Source of the DNA: Lama glama
Taxonomy: Eukaryota
Length of the DNA stretch: 64,000 nt
Reading direction: 5' to 3'
Assembly (NCBI GenBank): GCA_028534125.1
Contig: CM052816.1
Location: forward strand, 66,838,001-66,902,000
Notes under the pieces: generated by a model
What the model was told of the DNA's origin: nothing
What the model saw: the letters and a program-made list of their open reading frames with translations, nothing else
Databases searched by the model: none
Translations under genes and position numbers: made by a program
Part shown: one piece after another, positions 40,130-54,004 of the stretch
Layout of the letters: each line of letters starts with the position of its first letter
How positions within the stretch are numbered: position 1 is the stretch's first letter

Positions 40130-40520
40130 AGCTATTGTCAGAAAAGACCTTGGAAGTCATCCAGTCTAACACCATTTTATAAAAGTAGAACTCTGAGAGA
40201 GACATTGATGGGTGAGAGAAGTGAATCAGCATCTCACAGTGAGTTCTCCTTGACCCCAGGTTGGTTTGCACATCCAGCTTCCAGATCTGTGATCCTGTCA
40301 TCAGTAACCATAACTAGCTTGGCAGTGCTTTCATACTAATTTACAAAAATCTTTAAGCTAGAACCCCACAGTGATCTTGCAAAGTAAGAGTCTTATAATC
40401 ATTATTTCATGGATGAGGAAACAGAAGCATGGATATTAAAGATCTACTGGAGGCAACTCATCCAGTAAATGGTAGAGATAAGCTATTGATGTGTACTTTC
40501 CATGTGTTACAATCCATCCT
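40130..40520 (-). mobile_element. Adjacent MIR3 and MIR fragments
   Basis: 'aagaccttggaagtcatccagtctaacaccatttt' and 'atttcatggatgaggaaacagaagc'. Confidence 0.6.
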
Positions 40521-40654
40521 GCCAATTAGTGGCTATTGACCATAATCACTAATTTATCTGAAAAAGTCCTTTTATCAAGATCATAATTCTGATTGAAATC
40601 ACCATTATTCATTCAATCATTCATTGGACAAACACTTATTACTGGTCAACTATA

Positions 40655-40863
40655 TAGTTCACCCTTGAACAACATGGGGGTTAAGGGCACTGAACCTCCT
40701 TGCAGCCAAAAATTTGTGTACAATTTATAGTTGGCTCTCTGGACCCTCTGCATCCATGGATTCAATCAACTGTAGTTGTGTAGTACTGCATTTTACTATT
40801 GAAAAAAATCTACATGTAAGTGGATCCATGCAGTTCAAACCCATGTTGTTTAAGGGTCAACTG
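40655..40863. mobile_element. Tigger-family MITE (MER8/Tigger2-like), 209 bp
   Basis: TIRs 'tagttcacccttgaacaacatggg' and 'cccatgttgtttaagggtcaactg', flanked by TA on both sides (40653-54, 40864-65). Confidence 0.85.
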
Positions 40864-40927
40864 TATTTGCTAAGAATAGATATTCATTAGCTTAGATATT
40901 TATATTTAAAAAAACTAAATTTAAATA

Positions 40928-41593
40928 CAGCTGATTCTCATTATTCACTGGAGTTATGTTCTATAAAATCTCTACAAACACTGAATTAGCAAATACTGAA
41001 TCATTGCTCCACAGGGGAAATACAGGGTTAAGTTTCCTGTAAGACTCTGTTCACAGTTTCATCCATCAATCAATACACAGTCTTGTTTTATGTTTGTTTC
41101 TGCTTAAAGATACCTTATTTAATATATAATGTTGATTCATTACCATAGAATTCAGCAAAAAGCCTCATCCTCATACCTGAATAAAGCTTATCTAACACAT
41201 GAATCTTTTCTGTCGGGTACATCACAGCCTTCTTGCACTTAGGAAACCTGGACAGCACCTCAGCCCCACACCCAGGAACCATTTTAAACAGCAAAACTAT
41301 CCACGACAACAACAAAGAAAAAACAAGCAAAAAATTCAGAAACTGTAGCTCTAAATAGACCCTAAGAAGAATACTTGCTTACAGTATTAAGCCAAAACAA
41401 GAAGGTATTGCCTTCCTGGACCTCAGCTGGGAATGTGTGCGTCAGGTGACAACTTTTTCACCATTCTGCACAGGTGCACCTCCATGAATGACCCCCTGAA
41501 GCTCCGAGAGTATCAACTTCAGGGATTACAAATAAACTACAGCACGGGGCTGAATTTGCAAATACAGAATCCACAAATAATGAGTATCAACTG
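40928..41593. mobile_element. MER82 (TcMar-Tigger) DNA transposon
   Basis: TIRs 'cagctgattctcattatt' and 'aataatgagtatcaactg', length about 665 bp. The minus-strand remnant KCKKAVMYPTEKIHVLDKLYSGM resembles the Tigger transposase N-terminal HTH. Confidence 0.85.
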
Positions 41594-42329
41594 CAATTAA
41601 GTTATGCATTAAACTTACTATAATTATTATGTTAAATAGTTAATGAATTCAGATAAAAATACAGTAAAAAGAAATTTAAAATAAAAAATTCATGAACTAT
41701 TCATTTGTTTAAAGGAAATTAAATCTGATTCCTGTCCTTAGAGAGCTTGCAATCTAGTCCTAGAAGTAAAAAGTAAACATATCAACAAACCTGAAATAGA
41801 GGATTTTTAAATATAATTTGTATGCAGGAAAAGAATAGGGCAGGAGGAAGTATAATTCAGGGGTCTCTTTCTTCTTGGGTGGTCAGCACGAACTGAACTT
41901 CTGCCTCGAAATTAGGCCCAGGAAGTTCCTAATAAGAATGTCAATCAATGCAGGAGGCATCTGGAGATTGTGCTGTCCCATTCTTTCGTCTCTTATTGCT
42001 CAGGGAGGGAAGAGGCATTCCAGAGCTCATCCTGAAGGAGAACTGCCACCAGACATATGTATACAGACACACTTGTCAAGGCCCCTGAAATAAGCTCCTC
42101 TCGCTTGGACCAGGAAATGCCCTCTACTATAAATGTTCACTCAGGCCACTCACTCTGCTATGCAGGAGGGGCAGAGAACAACGCGAAACTCACTTTTTGT
42201 ATCCACCCAGTAAGAGGTGCTGAAATGGATTTTTGTACAAATTCTAAGTACTAATAATGAGGTAAAACTGGCTCAAGGGTTTTCTAGAAATATGTCAGAT
42301 CTTTACCACAGGAGCAGACTAATACATCT

Positions 42330-42450
42330 TTGAGTTGGAATGGGCTTTAGAAATATTCCAGCTACCTCATCTTACAGAGACAGGAACTGAAGGACATTTG
42401 CTCAAGGTTATATAGATAATTACCTGGAGGGTCTGGATAAAATAGATCAG
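42330..42450 (-). mobile_element. MIR3-like fragment
   Basis: 'gagttggaatgggctttagaaatattccagc...cttacagagacaggaactga...ttgctcaaggttatatag'. Confidence 0.55.
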
Positions 42451-42964
42451 TTTTAGATGACAAGTTCACTGGAAAGAAGATATATATTTATGTGCTTCAG
42501 ACTTACTAAAGTTTTAGTGTTTGATAGAAGTTGAATTGTTGGAGTATGTATATGTTATGTTTAAATGTCAAATGAATGCATTTTTAAAACTGAATGCATT
42601 TTTTAAACGTTTACCTGCTGATTCATTCCTTACTGATACATAAGCTGATACTTTCTATCCGTACATCAAACACTGATGAGAAAGTTTTAATTCAAGCAAA
42701 GTTCCCTTTACTTACCTAACCTGAGTGTTATGGGCCATGCAACTTAAAATTGTGTCAGGCTTCCTCAAAATCAGCTTTAAGCATGGAACCAATCATATAC
42801 AATGAGATTAAAAATATTGAATTATCTAAAAAGTCCTCTATATTAGCTTTTATCCTTAAGAACAGTATCTATATTCTCCATGGACTGATTATAGATCAAA
42901 ACTGTTCAATTTAAGAAATAGCTTTAAAATGCTTTAAGGATAGCAAAAAATAAATAATTAACCC

Positions 42965-44905
42965 CTTAAAGCAAATAAAAAGATAAACTCAGAAAAACAT
43001 TTGCAATAGGACTCAAATGATTAATAGCCTTAATATAAAAATAACTTCTATACATGGGAAAGGAAATATCCCCACAGAAAAGTGAGCCAGATAGATGAAC
43101 AACAACAACAAAAAGAATACAAAAAGCTATTAACCATATGAAAATACAGTCAATCTTACCAAAAAAAGAGAATTAAGATTAAAACTATGTTGAGAAAACA
43201 TTTTCACCTACCAGACTGGCAAAATTTTAAGTGTGGGCAAACAGGTACTTTTGAAGATTGTTGGTGGCAATGTAAAATGATAAAACCCCTAAGGAAGGAA
43301 ATTTGACACTGTCCTCTAAAACTACATATGCATTTATCCTTTGACCGTCAGTCTCATCCCTAAGATTCCCTCCAAAGTACTATGGCAAAAAAACTAAAGG
43401 GCCTGTTTACAAAACTTTTCGTGGCAGCCTTGTTTGCAATAGCAAAAGACTAGAAACTACCCAAATGGCTATCAGCAAGTGTATTAGTTTCCTAGGGTTG
43501 CCCCAACAAATTCCCACAAAATGGGTTGTTTAAAACAACAGAGACTTACTGTGTCACAGTTCTAAAGTCTAGAAATTGGAAATCAAGGTGTTGGCAGGGC
43601 CACCCCCCCTCTGAAACCTGTGGGGAGGAATCCTCCCTTGCCTCTTTTAGCTTCTGGTCTTTGACAGCAATCCTTGGCATTCCTTGGCTTAGAGATAAAT
43701 GAATCCAATCTCTGCCTCCTTTGTCACATGGCTATCTTCTCCCTGTGTGTCTCTCGCCTCTTCTTGTAAGAACACCAGTCATATTGGATTAGAGTCCAAA
43801 TAATGTATGAGTATGACCTCATCCTCATCTTAACTTGACTACATCTGCAAAGATCCTATTGCTAAATAAGGTCACATTCACAGGTACCAAGGATTAGGAC
43901 TTGAACATCTTTTGTGTGTGTGTGAGGACATGATTTAACTCATAATGGTAATGGATACACTGAATAAACTATGGTACATGAGCACAATGGAAATCTATGC
44001 ATCCATCATAGGAATGATTAATATAGCTACAATGGAATATTCAATAGAATATGTTGTTAAGAAAAAAAAGCTAAGTGAAGAAAAGTGTGGATTGTGTGCT
44101 ACTATTTAACTATGCCAGGATATGCTTATGGATTTATTTAAATTATAAAATCATCATCGTCATCCTCATCATCATCATCATAACAAGGAGTTACCTAAAT
44201 AGGAAGGGAATAATATGGAAGAGGCAGAAATAAAAGTTAAACTTACATGGATATCAGTTGTTTTGTGGGGTTGATTTCAGAACAATGTAAATATTTTACA
44301 TAATTACAAAACAAAATTTAAATTTAAAAAGCAAACCCTAGACACCAAAAGCAAAGTGAAATAAATGAATCTGTCTCTCCAGTTAGTGGAAGTGACATAG
44401 GAACCACTCCAAATAAAACACAGTATTATGAAAGTATATCTCTCAGTATAGAGAAGTGTCGGAAAAAAAACCTTAAACCATTTCTCAGAAATCATACTGT
44501 TGGTGGTAGTATTAAGCTTGTTAGGTGTGTCAAATATATAATAAATAAGTAAATTGAGTGATTGTGATGGTGTTATTCAAAACCAGAACTTTGGTCTGGG
44601 AGAAAGGTAATAAAAAATAAGATCAAGGTTAAGTAAAAACACAGTGTGATGATAGTATTGTGGTTACATTTAAAATGGGATTTTTTTTTTCTTTTTAGAG
44701 ACAAACACTGAAATATTTACAGATGAAATAATATCATGTCTGGGATTTATTTCAAAATAGTCAGGATGGTGGAAAGGGAAATCAGCGGGGGGTGTAAAAG
44801 AAATAAATTGACTATTAGTAGATAACTGCTGAGTTGGGTTATGAGTAAGTGAGGAATACATTGTACCATTGTTTCCACTTTTGTACATATTTGAAATTTC
44901 CCATA
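42965..44905 (+). mobile_element. Old L1M (L1ME/L1MC4-like) 3' fragments, interrupted by MLT1C
   Basis: 'ttttcacctaccagactggcaaa', 'gcagccttgtttgcaatagcaaaagactagaaactacccaaatg' [MLT1C] 'aataaactatggtacat', and the tail 'aatatttacagatgaaataatatcatgtctgggattt...cttttgtacatatttgaaatttcc'. Confidence 0.75.
43480..43947 (-). mobile_element. MaLR LTR, MLT1C-like
   Basis: Starts 'tgtattagtttcctagggttgcc'. Internal 'aaatcaaggtgttggcagggcc', 'acaccagtcatattggattag' and 'aaataaggtcacattcacaggtacc'. Length about 467 bp. Confidence 0.9.
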
Positions 44906-47319
44906 TTTCCTATATATGCTGTATTTATTACACATATAAAAATAACTATAATATACTTACTTTATATATATGTTATAAATATGAAAATGCATATGTTGAT
45001 ACATATTCTAGATATTTATACATTCATATGTACATGTAAGTTCATATAGCTAGTAAGAACAATAAAAATGTATAGATATTTGATTGACTCATTCCCGTCA
45101 TTCAACTTCTTGACATTGAATTCACTTTGCCTTTTACCCTATCCTATGGGCAGCAATGTCAATCATAGTCACCAAACACCTTCCCTTTGGGACACTTACC
45201 TACATGTATGGGAATTCCATAGGAAAACATTAGAAACCCTAACAATTCTCAGTTTTCCAGTTAATTTCTCAGCCCCAACTCCTCCAGATTTCCTTACTCC
45301 CAGCATGATGTAGGTGTGGCAATCACAGTAGTGTGTGGATTGTGGGTGCTCTCTTGCTGAATTTGTGCAGTAAGGTTGGAATATGTCACCACTGACATCT
45401 GTTTCTTTCTCAGGCAACACCAGATGCCTTGTAGGTTGGATCTAATTAGATGTTTTCTCTTTTTACTCCGATCTTTTTACTCACCAGATTAATTTTCACA
45501 TCAGTGTTAAAGATCAATGACGCTCAAGCGTGATGATGAATCAGATACATCACCCCTTCTCCCCTAGGAAGGAATGAGTAAGGATTTGGTGAAGGAACCC
45601 AGGTGCAGGGGTTATTCTAGTGAAAGCCCCTCCATGGGAGACCTGAGGCCAGAAATACAGAGGCTCCACCCTCACTCTTCTATAAACCGCCTCACCGCTT
45701 CTCCTCTGGGCCAACACCGTGGCTATTACTGAGTCTCCTCTTTCTCGCCTTCAAGTAGCATTCTTCTTTTGTTTTAAGTATATGTATATGTATGCATGTT
45801 TATGCACATTTATTCATATCAGGGTCTAGGTGCTGATAAACTCTAGTAGAATGGATATATTTGTTTTGCCTTGACCTATTTATAAAGGATAAACTTCTGT
45901 CAGTTGTTGTCTATTATCCATTCAGCTTTGTTGTCCTATTCTAGGTTTCCTCCTTGAGATTCAGCACAGGGTTCTTGGTAGAAAAGAAAAAGCTTCAATC
46001 ATTACAGCTGCTTCCTTTGAGTCCTTTAACTCTTATTGCTCTTTCCTGAAGTGTTAATGCTAAAAATGGTTGCTTTTTAAATCTGCATTAAAAATAAAAG
46101 AATGGTCAACATTAAAAAAAACCAGAGTTTCTTTTTCAGTAAGTCTGGGACACTATGTTACTGCCTCACCAGGAGAATCTCTGGACCAGAGCTAAGAAGG
46201 ATGACGGAAGGTACTAGAAAGCAAAAGTAGGTTGTTGGTGTCAGGAACAACCCGTTAGGTTTTAAATCTAAAACAAAGGTTTTGTATTTTACACACACCT
46301 TTAACAATTTACATTCTTCATGGTTAAAATTTTTAAACCTTGGGTTTGGTTAATATGACACTGATTTGAGCTTATCCCATGTGCAACTGTGTAAAACAAA
46401 GGCTTGGCCCAGAACCCTTCAATAAAATCCACATGAAGATGAATGGTTATTAGATACACATATATTTTCTGTTAGAGCTAAAGCATGCCCCAAGTTAATC
46501 TGCCTACAGTACTATATACAGCAAGTGAGAGATTTGAAAGAAAAGCACTGAGATTCTGGCTCTTTTGTGGCTGTAAATTTTAGGACTTAATTCAAGAAAG
46601 TATTATTCATAACATGAGGTTTCAATGCTACGATGCCTGGAAAACATAAAATTGAGAAGCTTTTACATTTGTTATGCTTAAACCCCACAATATTCTGTAA
46701 AAATGTCTTTCTCATTTGTGCAAATTCACTTTAACCCTTCACTTGTTACCCTTTGCAATTGACAAAACTGGGTTATTGGCAACTTTTCAGATCATCTGGT
46801 TTGTGTTCCCACAATGGAGTCATCATATTAAGCTGTTAGCAACATGTATAGTTCCCAGGAGTGTAAAGATATAACGTTTTTGATTAGAGGGTAAAATAGT
46901 CCATAATTTAATTGGGTACTAATTGTGAGATTATACTAATTCAAATGTAGTACCATTGCATGCCTTTATCTTAAGCAGCTAGACATTTCAGATTAGAGAT
47001 TAGAAAGTGGTCCATTCCCTATCTGGGTAATCATTTCTCAGAAAAAAAAAGTTATTAGTTTAGACTATTTTTCAAGATACTAGAAATAAAAATAAAGACA
47101 CAGAGATATATTTACTAAAGATAACAGAAATGGGAGAAAATAGAGGATCCCTCAAGTATGAGTTTGTTTGAACATGTGTTTCTTAAGGTTACTTTTCACA
47201 TGAATATTCTGTAGTTCTGAGTTTAACTCTTAACTGGGAAGGAGTAAATTTAACAAACAAAATTTACCGTATTTTATCCTTGACCTCTACCTGTAACCCC
47301 TCCCACTATAGTTAATAAC

Positions 47320-47900
47320 AACATAACACTTTAGGCTTGAACGCTGGTGTTACTCTGACCCACCTTTTCCATTCCCAGTCATCTTACTGGACAATAAATA
47401 CTACTGAGTCTACTTCCACAGTGTCATTCATATTCACTCTGTCTCCTCCAGGTTCATAATCAAAGCCCTAGCCCAAGTGTTCACTGCCTCTCACCTAGCC
47501 TTTTGAAACAGCCTATCAATTGCTGTTTATGATTTTCTTCTTGTCCCTGTAAGTCCCTGCTACACACTGCTGCTCAGTTAATATTCCTGCAAAACAACTT
47601 CAATCTTGTTCTGCGTGTGACCTAAATAATTGGTGATTTTGGCAGTGTTCAAACTCCAGAACCCAGTAAACTAGACCATCTCCAGTATGGCTTCTATCTT
47701 TGACAGTTCCTTTTGCATGCCTTTAATACACCTTGCATTTCAGACACATCAGAGTTACTGTCTTCCAAAGAAGATGCACTGTACTGTCCTATCTCTGAAT
47801 CTCAGTTCTGTGGCTTTTGGTCTCTTTGAAGCAGCAATTGAAATTCTTAAAAAACATCTTCACTCCTTACCCTATCATCCCAATAGGTAGCACTAATCAA
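47320..47900 (+). mobile_element. Decayed L2 (L2b/c-like) fragment
   Basis: 'ccctagcccaag...cctctcacctagccttttgaaacagcct' and 'ctacacactgctgctcagttaatattcct'. Confidence 0.55.
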
Positions 47901-48334
47901 TATAAGCATCCTTCTTACTTGGATCATCTGCTGCTCCAAGGAGATTGTTTCCCAGATATTCTGAATTTATGTCTAGACAACTATTCGGACCTGATCTGGC
48001 ACTCATGATAAAATTTTTGCCTTTTATCATTTAATACTCTAATAGAACTTTGAATCAAAATAGATGGTGGACATGGAATACATTTCACTGTATTTGGAGA
48101 AGAAGGAAAAAAGAAATTAAGATAAAGAAAGTCAAAGACACTTTCCCAACTTACAGAGAACTAAATCTGGTTTACACAAGGCAGCAAGAATCTGTGTAGA
48201 CACAGGCATAACTAAATCTACTACGTAAAATGTAGAACAAGAAAGATTAACTCTGCCCTGGTTGATTAGAGAGAAGAAGAAGTGTTGACCTGGACTGTTT
48301 TAGGATTCCTGCACAGCTGTCTTTGGTCTTCCAC

Positions 48335-48510
48335 TATGGTCTGGCAAAGAAATGTTATTGATGAATCCAGAAACTTAGGCTCCTGTCCTGGCTCTGCGAC
48401 TGAGTTAATGTGGGACCCCCAGCACATCTTCTCTCTGAATTTTATCTTTGTATGGAACAGATGGACCAGCTCTCTCAGAGCCTCTCCCACCCTGATCAAA
48501 TGTATTATGA
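48335..48510 (+). mobile_element. MIR3-like SINE
   Basis: 'gaatccagaaacttaggctcctgtcctggctctgcgactgagttaatgtggg...tctctctgaattttatctttgta'. Confidence 0.6.
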
Positions 48511-50599
48511 TTTATGGATTCTATCAAAATTCCATCTCCTTTTTATGCAAACACTTTGAGTACCATGCAAGACAAAAAGAATGTTTACAGACTTTGTTTT
48601 AAAATATCTAACAGGAATTTCCCCTTGATCTCTCTTTCATGACACTGAGTTTAGGTGATCATACAATACCTGAGTAATTATGGATGTGAACAGCAGACTG
48701 ACAGTTTCTTCCTAGGCCATCCCTCCCCCTTTCTCACTCCAGTCAGAAGCTTTCTCCCACCCTTAGTCATGAAAGATACAACCCTCTAAAACATCAGTGT
48801 ATTTGACCAAAAAAAATGGTTTTAGCTTGCTATTTCCCCTATCTCACTAGCTGGCCCACAATCCTGCAGTCTCTAAAATCCAGCATTGTTTAGGTACAAC
48901 ATTCACTACATATTTTAGCAGATGGGAGGTAATTCAAACGGTAATTCAAATGGTAATTAAGAGTTTTCTCAGAAACAGAATTTGTGTCTCTAAACAAATG
49001 GGTTTGATAATGCCTTTGAGTCAAAGGAAGCTCAAAACATTGGGCTCCCATTAAGCTATTTTTACTTACTGTTTCCATTTTGCTCTTGGTAGTCTACACT
49101 TGGTTATCGAATAACCTCCACTGGTTCACTAACAACACCTTACATGCTTTGAGCTCCCAGAAGAATGTTAATAGGACCCTCTCTAGTAATTGCTATACCT
49201 ATCTAATTTTCTTTCAGGTAATGCAGCATGTTTGTCAGTTTAATTGAATAGGCCCATGAACAACTTTATTTTCTCCCATCTCTAAAATATAAAGAGAAAA
49301 AGGAAAAAAATACCTATCTGTAGACATCCTAATTATCAAGTGATCTCTAAACCACAGATAGGAGATTGTTTCCCAGCTTCAATGTTTGCACTTTTGAATA
49401 GATTTGTATCTCTTTTCTGAAGATTTTGTTGGCTCCACCTGTAGGTACGCTGTGACTCACCTCCTACAGGAGGAGATTTGTACTCTGTTTAGGCAAAAAC
49501 ATTCAGGCTTCTTAATTTCCAAACAGAATAACAACACTGCTGCCTCAGTGTTGAAAGCACACATGTTTCTTTACAAATAAATAACAATAAAACTCAAAAG
49601 AACTGCCCTCGGTCATTCTCCAGAGAACTCCTGTCAAACATGGATTTCAGATTAATGATATTAAGAGACATCATTAAAGCAATACTTATGCCAAGTTTTC
49701 TCCTAGCAAATTCTAATAAGGAATGCATTTGGACTACATTAGCTTGACTCCTTTCCCAACTGCCTCCAGTGCCAACGGACCAGCTGTCCCCTTCAAAGGT
49801 TGCTCCCACTGTGTGGGCACCACCACCATGTTAAGCACCACCATCACTTCTAGCAGTTACTACTCTCTCCTTCTGGGTTCACCAGCTCCTACTGGGTACC
49901 ATTCACTCCACTGGGTGCCAGTGCAGATGCCACCACTGAAAATGCTGATATTCTGAAGGTATAAGACCAAATGGTACGCTGTGCCCCGAAATCTACTAGG
50001 TATCAAAAAGTTTGTTAGATCGTCATGAAGACGATGGGTATTCTGATGGGTATCTCCCCCTTATTTGCCAGCCCTGCTCAGACATTTTTCAAATTCAGAC
50101 ATGCCACACTGTCATTTTAAATGTAAACTACCTCATCTCCTTTTTTAGAAGCAGGAGAACAATATTATAAATTCAAATACAGGTAAATGTCCACAGTTTT
50201 TTTTTATCTGCAGGAGGAATGCAGAAGAGGCTGTGCTCAGAGTCAAAATAGATTCTTATGTTTGTAATTTGAGAGTATCAAAGTTATAGGAAGTTTAAGA
50301 AATGACTTTCCTCTAAATATAAAATTTACACATGTAAAAAATTTAATAATGAAGAAACTGATAAGATGGCAAAGCTAGTGCCAAAGGCATTTGAGGAACT
50401 GGATATTTACAAACATTAAAAAAGAAAAGAAATGAAAGAAAGACAGGAAAGATAAAGAAGAGAGGGAGGGAGAAAAGAGAGAGAGAAAGAGAGGAGACGT
50501 TATTTTTCCTACTGGACATAAATATACAATTAACATGTTTGGGGGCCAAATTAAATAGTAAACAACAAGTTAAATACAAGTGCATGCCCCTAGAGAATT

Positions 50600-51366
50600 A
50601 AACAATCATCTGGTTAAAAAACTTGTTAAAAAACAAAGGGTATGCCTCCCTCATTTTTGACTAATTTTTAGGTTTTGGATAATACTTATCTAATAGTCTC
50701 CCATTTTGGTCATAAATAACTAGAATATTCTTGATTATATACAAAAAGGCCGGTCTCATATGTTGGCTGATTATTTCTATATAAAGAGCAAGAAGAGTTA
50801 ATGACTCTGGTGAGCCTCCTTGAGTTTCCTCAGCAAACCTGGAGCTGTCTGGTATTGAGCAACTGCTGAGGCCAGAGGATTAACTTCTTCCTGAGACTTT
50901 TCGTAAAGAATCTCAGATTTGACTTTTCAGCACTTCTAATTATCTGCTTTTCTACCCAAGGATAGGAAGTCAAGCCCAGGAGTCTTTTTTCACCTGCTTC
51001 TCTCTCCTCAAACTTCCTAAAAGAAGCCAAGGTCCCTGGCCTGCCAGGAAGTGATCTTCCTCATTACCTGGGAAGCCAGAATCCTGAGAGCCAAGTACGA
51101 GGCCTCTTTTCCTTGGAGGACTTTGTAGGCATTAACTTCACATATAGTCAACCCCTGTTCCTTAATGGTGAGCTTCTCATAGCTGGTTAAATGTGTATTC
51201 CTCTCTAATATGACACACCAACTGTGTCACTTGCACAATCAATTTGTCCATTTATATCTTGGTAAATAAGAGAACAGATTCGTACTGAATCTATGCAAAT
51301 AAATATGTTGCTATGAAAAGTAATGAAGCCTAGTATCTATTTCAGAATTCTGAGGAACTGGTAACA
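50600..51366 (-). mobile_element. ERV1 (MER4/MER34-group) internal fragment
   Basis: 'ccctggcctgccaggaagtg', 'gccagaatcctgagagccaagtac', 'tagtcaacccctgttccttaa' and 'agctggttaaatgtgtattcctctctaatatgacac' resemble MER4-group internal sequence (from memory). Confidence 0.5.
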
Positions 51367-52882
51367 ATCAGACAGGATTTTTTTTAAATGTTTCACTTTA
51401 GTTACAAAAACATGGTCTACTAAATGGAGGGTTAGCAATAAATAAAGGTGAGGTGCTTCCTTATATACCAATTGTAAAATAGAACATTTAAACAATATCA
51501 ATAATACTCAAAGAAATAATCACAGTTAATTTGTCTTCATCAGTTTTGATTCAGTTTTATGTAAGCAATTCTTGTTCTAGATCTTGGGTTAGCAGTCTGT
51601 TTTAATGGAATCATTTCTTTTGACTAAAAAGACTCAATTTGCTGGTATGTTCAGAAAGTTATCTAAAAAATTTCTTCTATCAGCTTTGAAACCTACACCC
51701 ACATTTTTTCACTGAAATATGAATAGTTAGGAATATCTGATACAGTCCTTTTCACAGAGCTCTGAGAATATTCTATTTGGTTAAAAAACAAATTCTAACC
51801 TGAAGCATATATCAGGGCCTTCAGACAAGCAACCATGAAAAAGCAGAGCTACTTCTTTATGAGATTGAAGGACTGCAGTTAATCTATTACAGTAACTAAC
51901 AATGACAAAATGGAAGAAAGCAAAATTTTCCACTTGGATGCAAGACACAGCTCTCTGATCAGGGCCTGAACAATGTTTCTCCTGAAGGGAAGAACATCAC
52001 GGCCAGTGAGGACAGTGAGGGTTCCAAGGCCCTCCAAATCCATTCTGTAAGGTCTACATGCTTTGAAACATTTCTATTAATAACGTATTATCTACAAAAT
52101 CAAAGGCAGGGAAGGCCAAGCTTCTTCTTTGATTTACAGCTCTTCCCATGCAACTCCCACAAGAGTGTTGAGCTAATTAAAAAATATTGAGCCTACCAAA
52201 CTAATGCTTTTTCTCATCCTTCTTTTCACAGATAAAATGCCAAATCCTTGCAGTTTGCTGGGAGCCTGCAGGGAAATCTCAAAGATAGTTTTAATTTCAA
52301 AGGATATTTGAGAATTTAACTTTTCCAAATGTAGGATCTGATCTTAGGAAGGCCAAAATCAAAATGACTTTGAGAGGGTATTTGGTCACTTGGCAACCAC
52401 AGCAGGATGGGTCCCTGATAAGAACAAATGGCTGTAGCCTAACTACCTATTAAAAGGACAATATCATATTTTAAAATACATGTAGAAGAAGTAAAAGCAC
52501 TGTTAAATAATCCTAGCTTCTTTTTGAATTGAGAAGCTTCTCTTATTTATCTTTTTTGATAATTAGGAATGTAAAGCCAACACAATATAAAGAACATTTC
52601 TCTTGAGAATCATCCTCTCTGCTATGTGGGCAATTTACACAGTAGATCAAGTATAGATTTACCATCCCTTGTTAAGAAAAGACCAAACACTTCTCATTTT
52701 AACAAGGAGAAAACCAAATCTATTTTTTATCAATATATTTTTGACAGTAAGACATTCACAAGCTCCTTAAAACACTATTTAATGGAAGAGCTCATCAAAA
52801 AAGGAGCCAGCTTGAATGGAAGCGCTGAGGTTAAAGGCACCTTTCAACTCTACTGTGTGTTAAAGTGATGATTCGTGGAGTC

Positions 52883-53375
52883 TGTATGAAAACAGGTAGT
52901 ATTGGCAGCTACCTCGTCTTCCCTTCTTACCTGTTCCTCCTCTCTGGGAAGATCTCCTTGAAGACATACTTGGCCTTTGAAAGGTAACTAAATCTCTCCA
53001 GGGGCAGATACACCTAGTTTCCAGTTTTACAATAAAGAGATTTCTCTAAGGTCTAGGATCTCATAACCCCTGGAAATGTAAACATCCAGTCCAGAATTAG
53101 CCTAGGAGTTTATCTCATGATATAACCCCTGTCTCTTTAGGAGATAGGTTATATTATTCATTTAGAAAAGAACAATTAACTAAATAAACACCTCCCTCAA
53201 TTCCCAATGAACTTTGTATCTGCTTTGCTGTATATAATTGTGTGAAATGTTATAGTGACTTTGCAGTCTCTGGAGGACTATGTACTGTTATACTTAATAA
53301 TAAACTGGGTTTCTTTCCTTCTATGGTGGTGTGAAGAGGTCTCTCTTTGCTGACAGAATTTTTACTTTTCCAACA
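52883..53375 (+). mobile_element. ERV1-type LTR (MER34/MER39-like)
   Basis: Bounded by TG...CA (tgtatgaaaa...ttttccaaca), with 'cccctggaaatgtaaaca', a TATA-like 'tatataa' near 53231 and AATAAA near 53299. Confidence 0.55.
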
Positions 53376-54004
53376 TTTTACATGTTCAACTTTTGTCCTC
53401 TATGCTCTTGCATATTCTAGATCAGCTTGATATTTTATTCTAAAACAAATTTGCTGTCTTTTTCCCTTGCTAAACAAAAACATGAGAAGTCAATGAGTTT
53501 ATTCCAGAAAAGTGAACAAAGCAACTGAAATTCTGGGGCTAGCAGCCTTCCAGCTTTACTGCGTGTGCAACTGACAGTGGGCTCTGGTTTAAAATGGGGT
53601 CAATAATAGCAATAGGGGGGAAACAGAAAATAATAATTAGTACTTATCATTTAGCAGCTGTGCCATCTGTGCTGAGAACTGAAGGGAACTGCATCCCCTC
53701 ATCTCTGCCTCTGAAGGAACTGCAGAAGGAAGACAGTGCTGGTCCTTGCTAGAAGCACTATCCAAAGGAGAATGATGGTTTGGCCAAGGTGGGAAAGAAA
53801 AGGAATTTCTGGCTACTTCTAAGACCCAGTTTGAGGAGCTGCCAAATAATGCAAAGAAGCAAAATGACATTAGTCTTCCTACATAGAAGGACTAAAGAAT
53901 CCATGCTGCAGGGAGGAGAATGGCTTTTGCAGAGTGAGGGCTCAGAGGAATTCTCTCTGCCTCTACGTAGTTGATCCACAACATGCTTGGTATTTTAATA
54001 AAAC

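Noticed and set aside
41115..41330. ORF with Tigger transposase-like N-terminus
   Set aside because: It is only a short remnant inside non-autonomous MER82, with no DDE domain.
42571..42608. Short direct duplications (also ~18143-18171, ~48928-48960, ~3713-3740)
   Set aside because: These are two to four copies of 7-18 bp with no unique spacers, consistent with slippage rather than CRISPR or a satellite.
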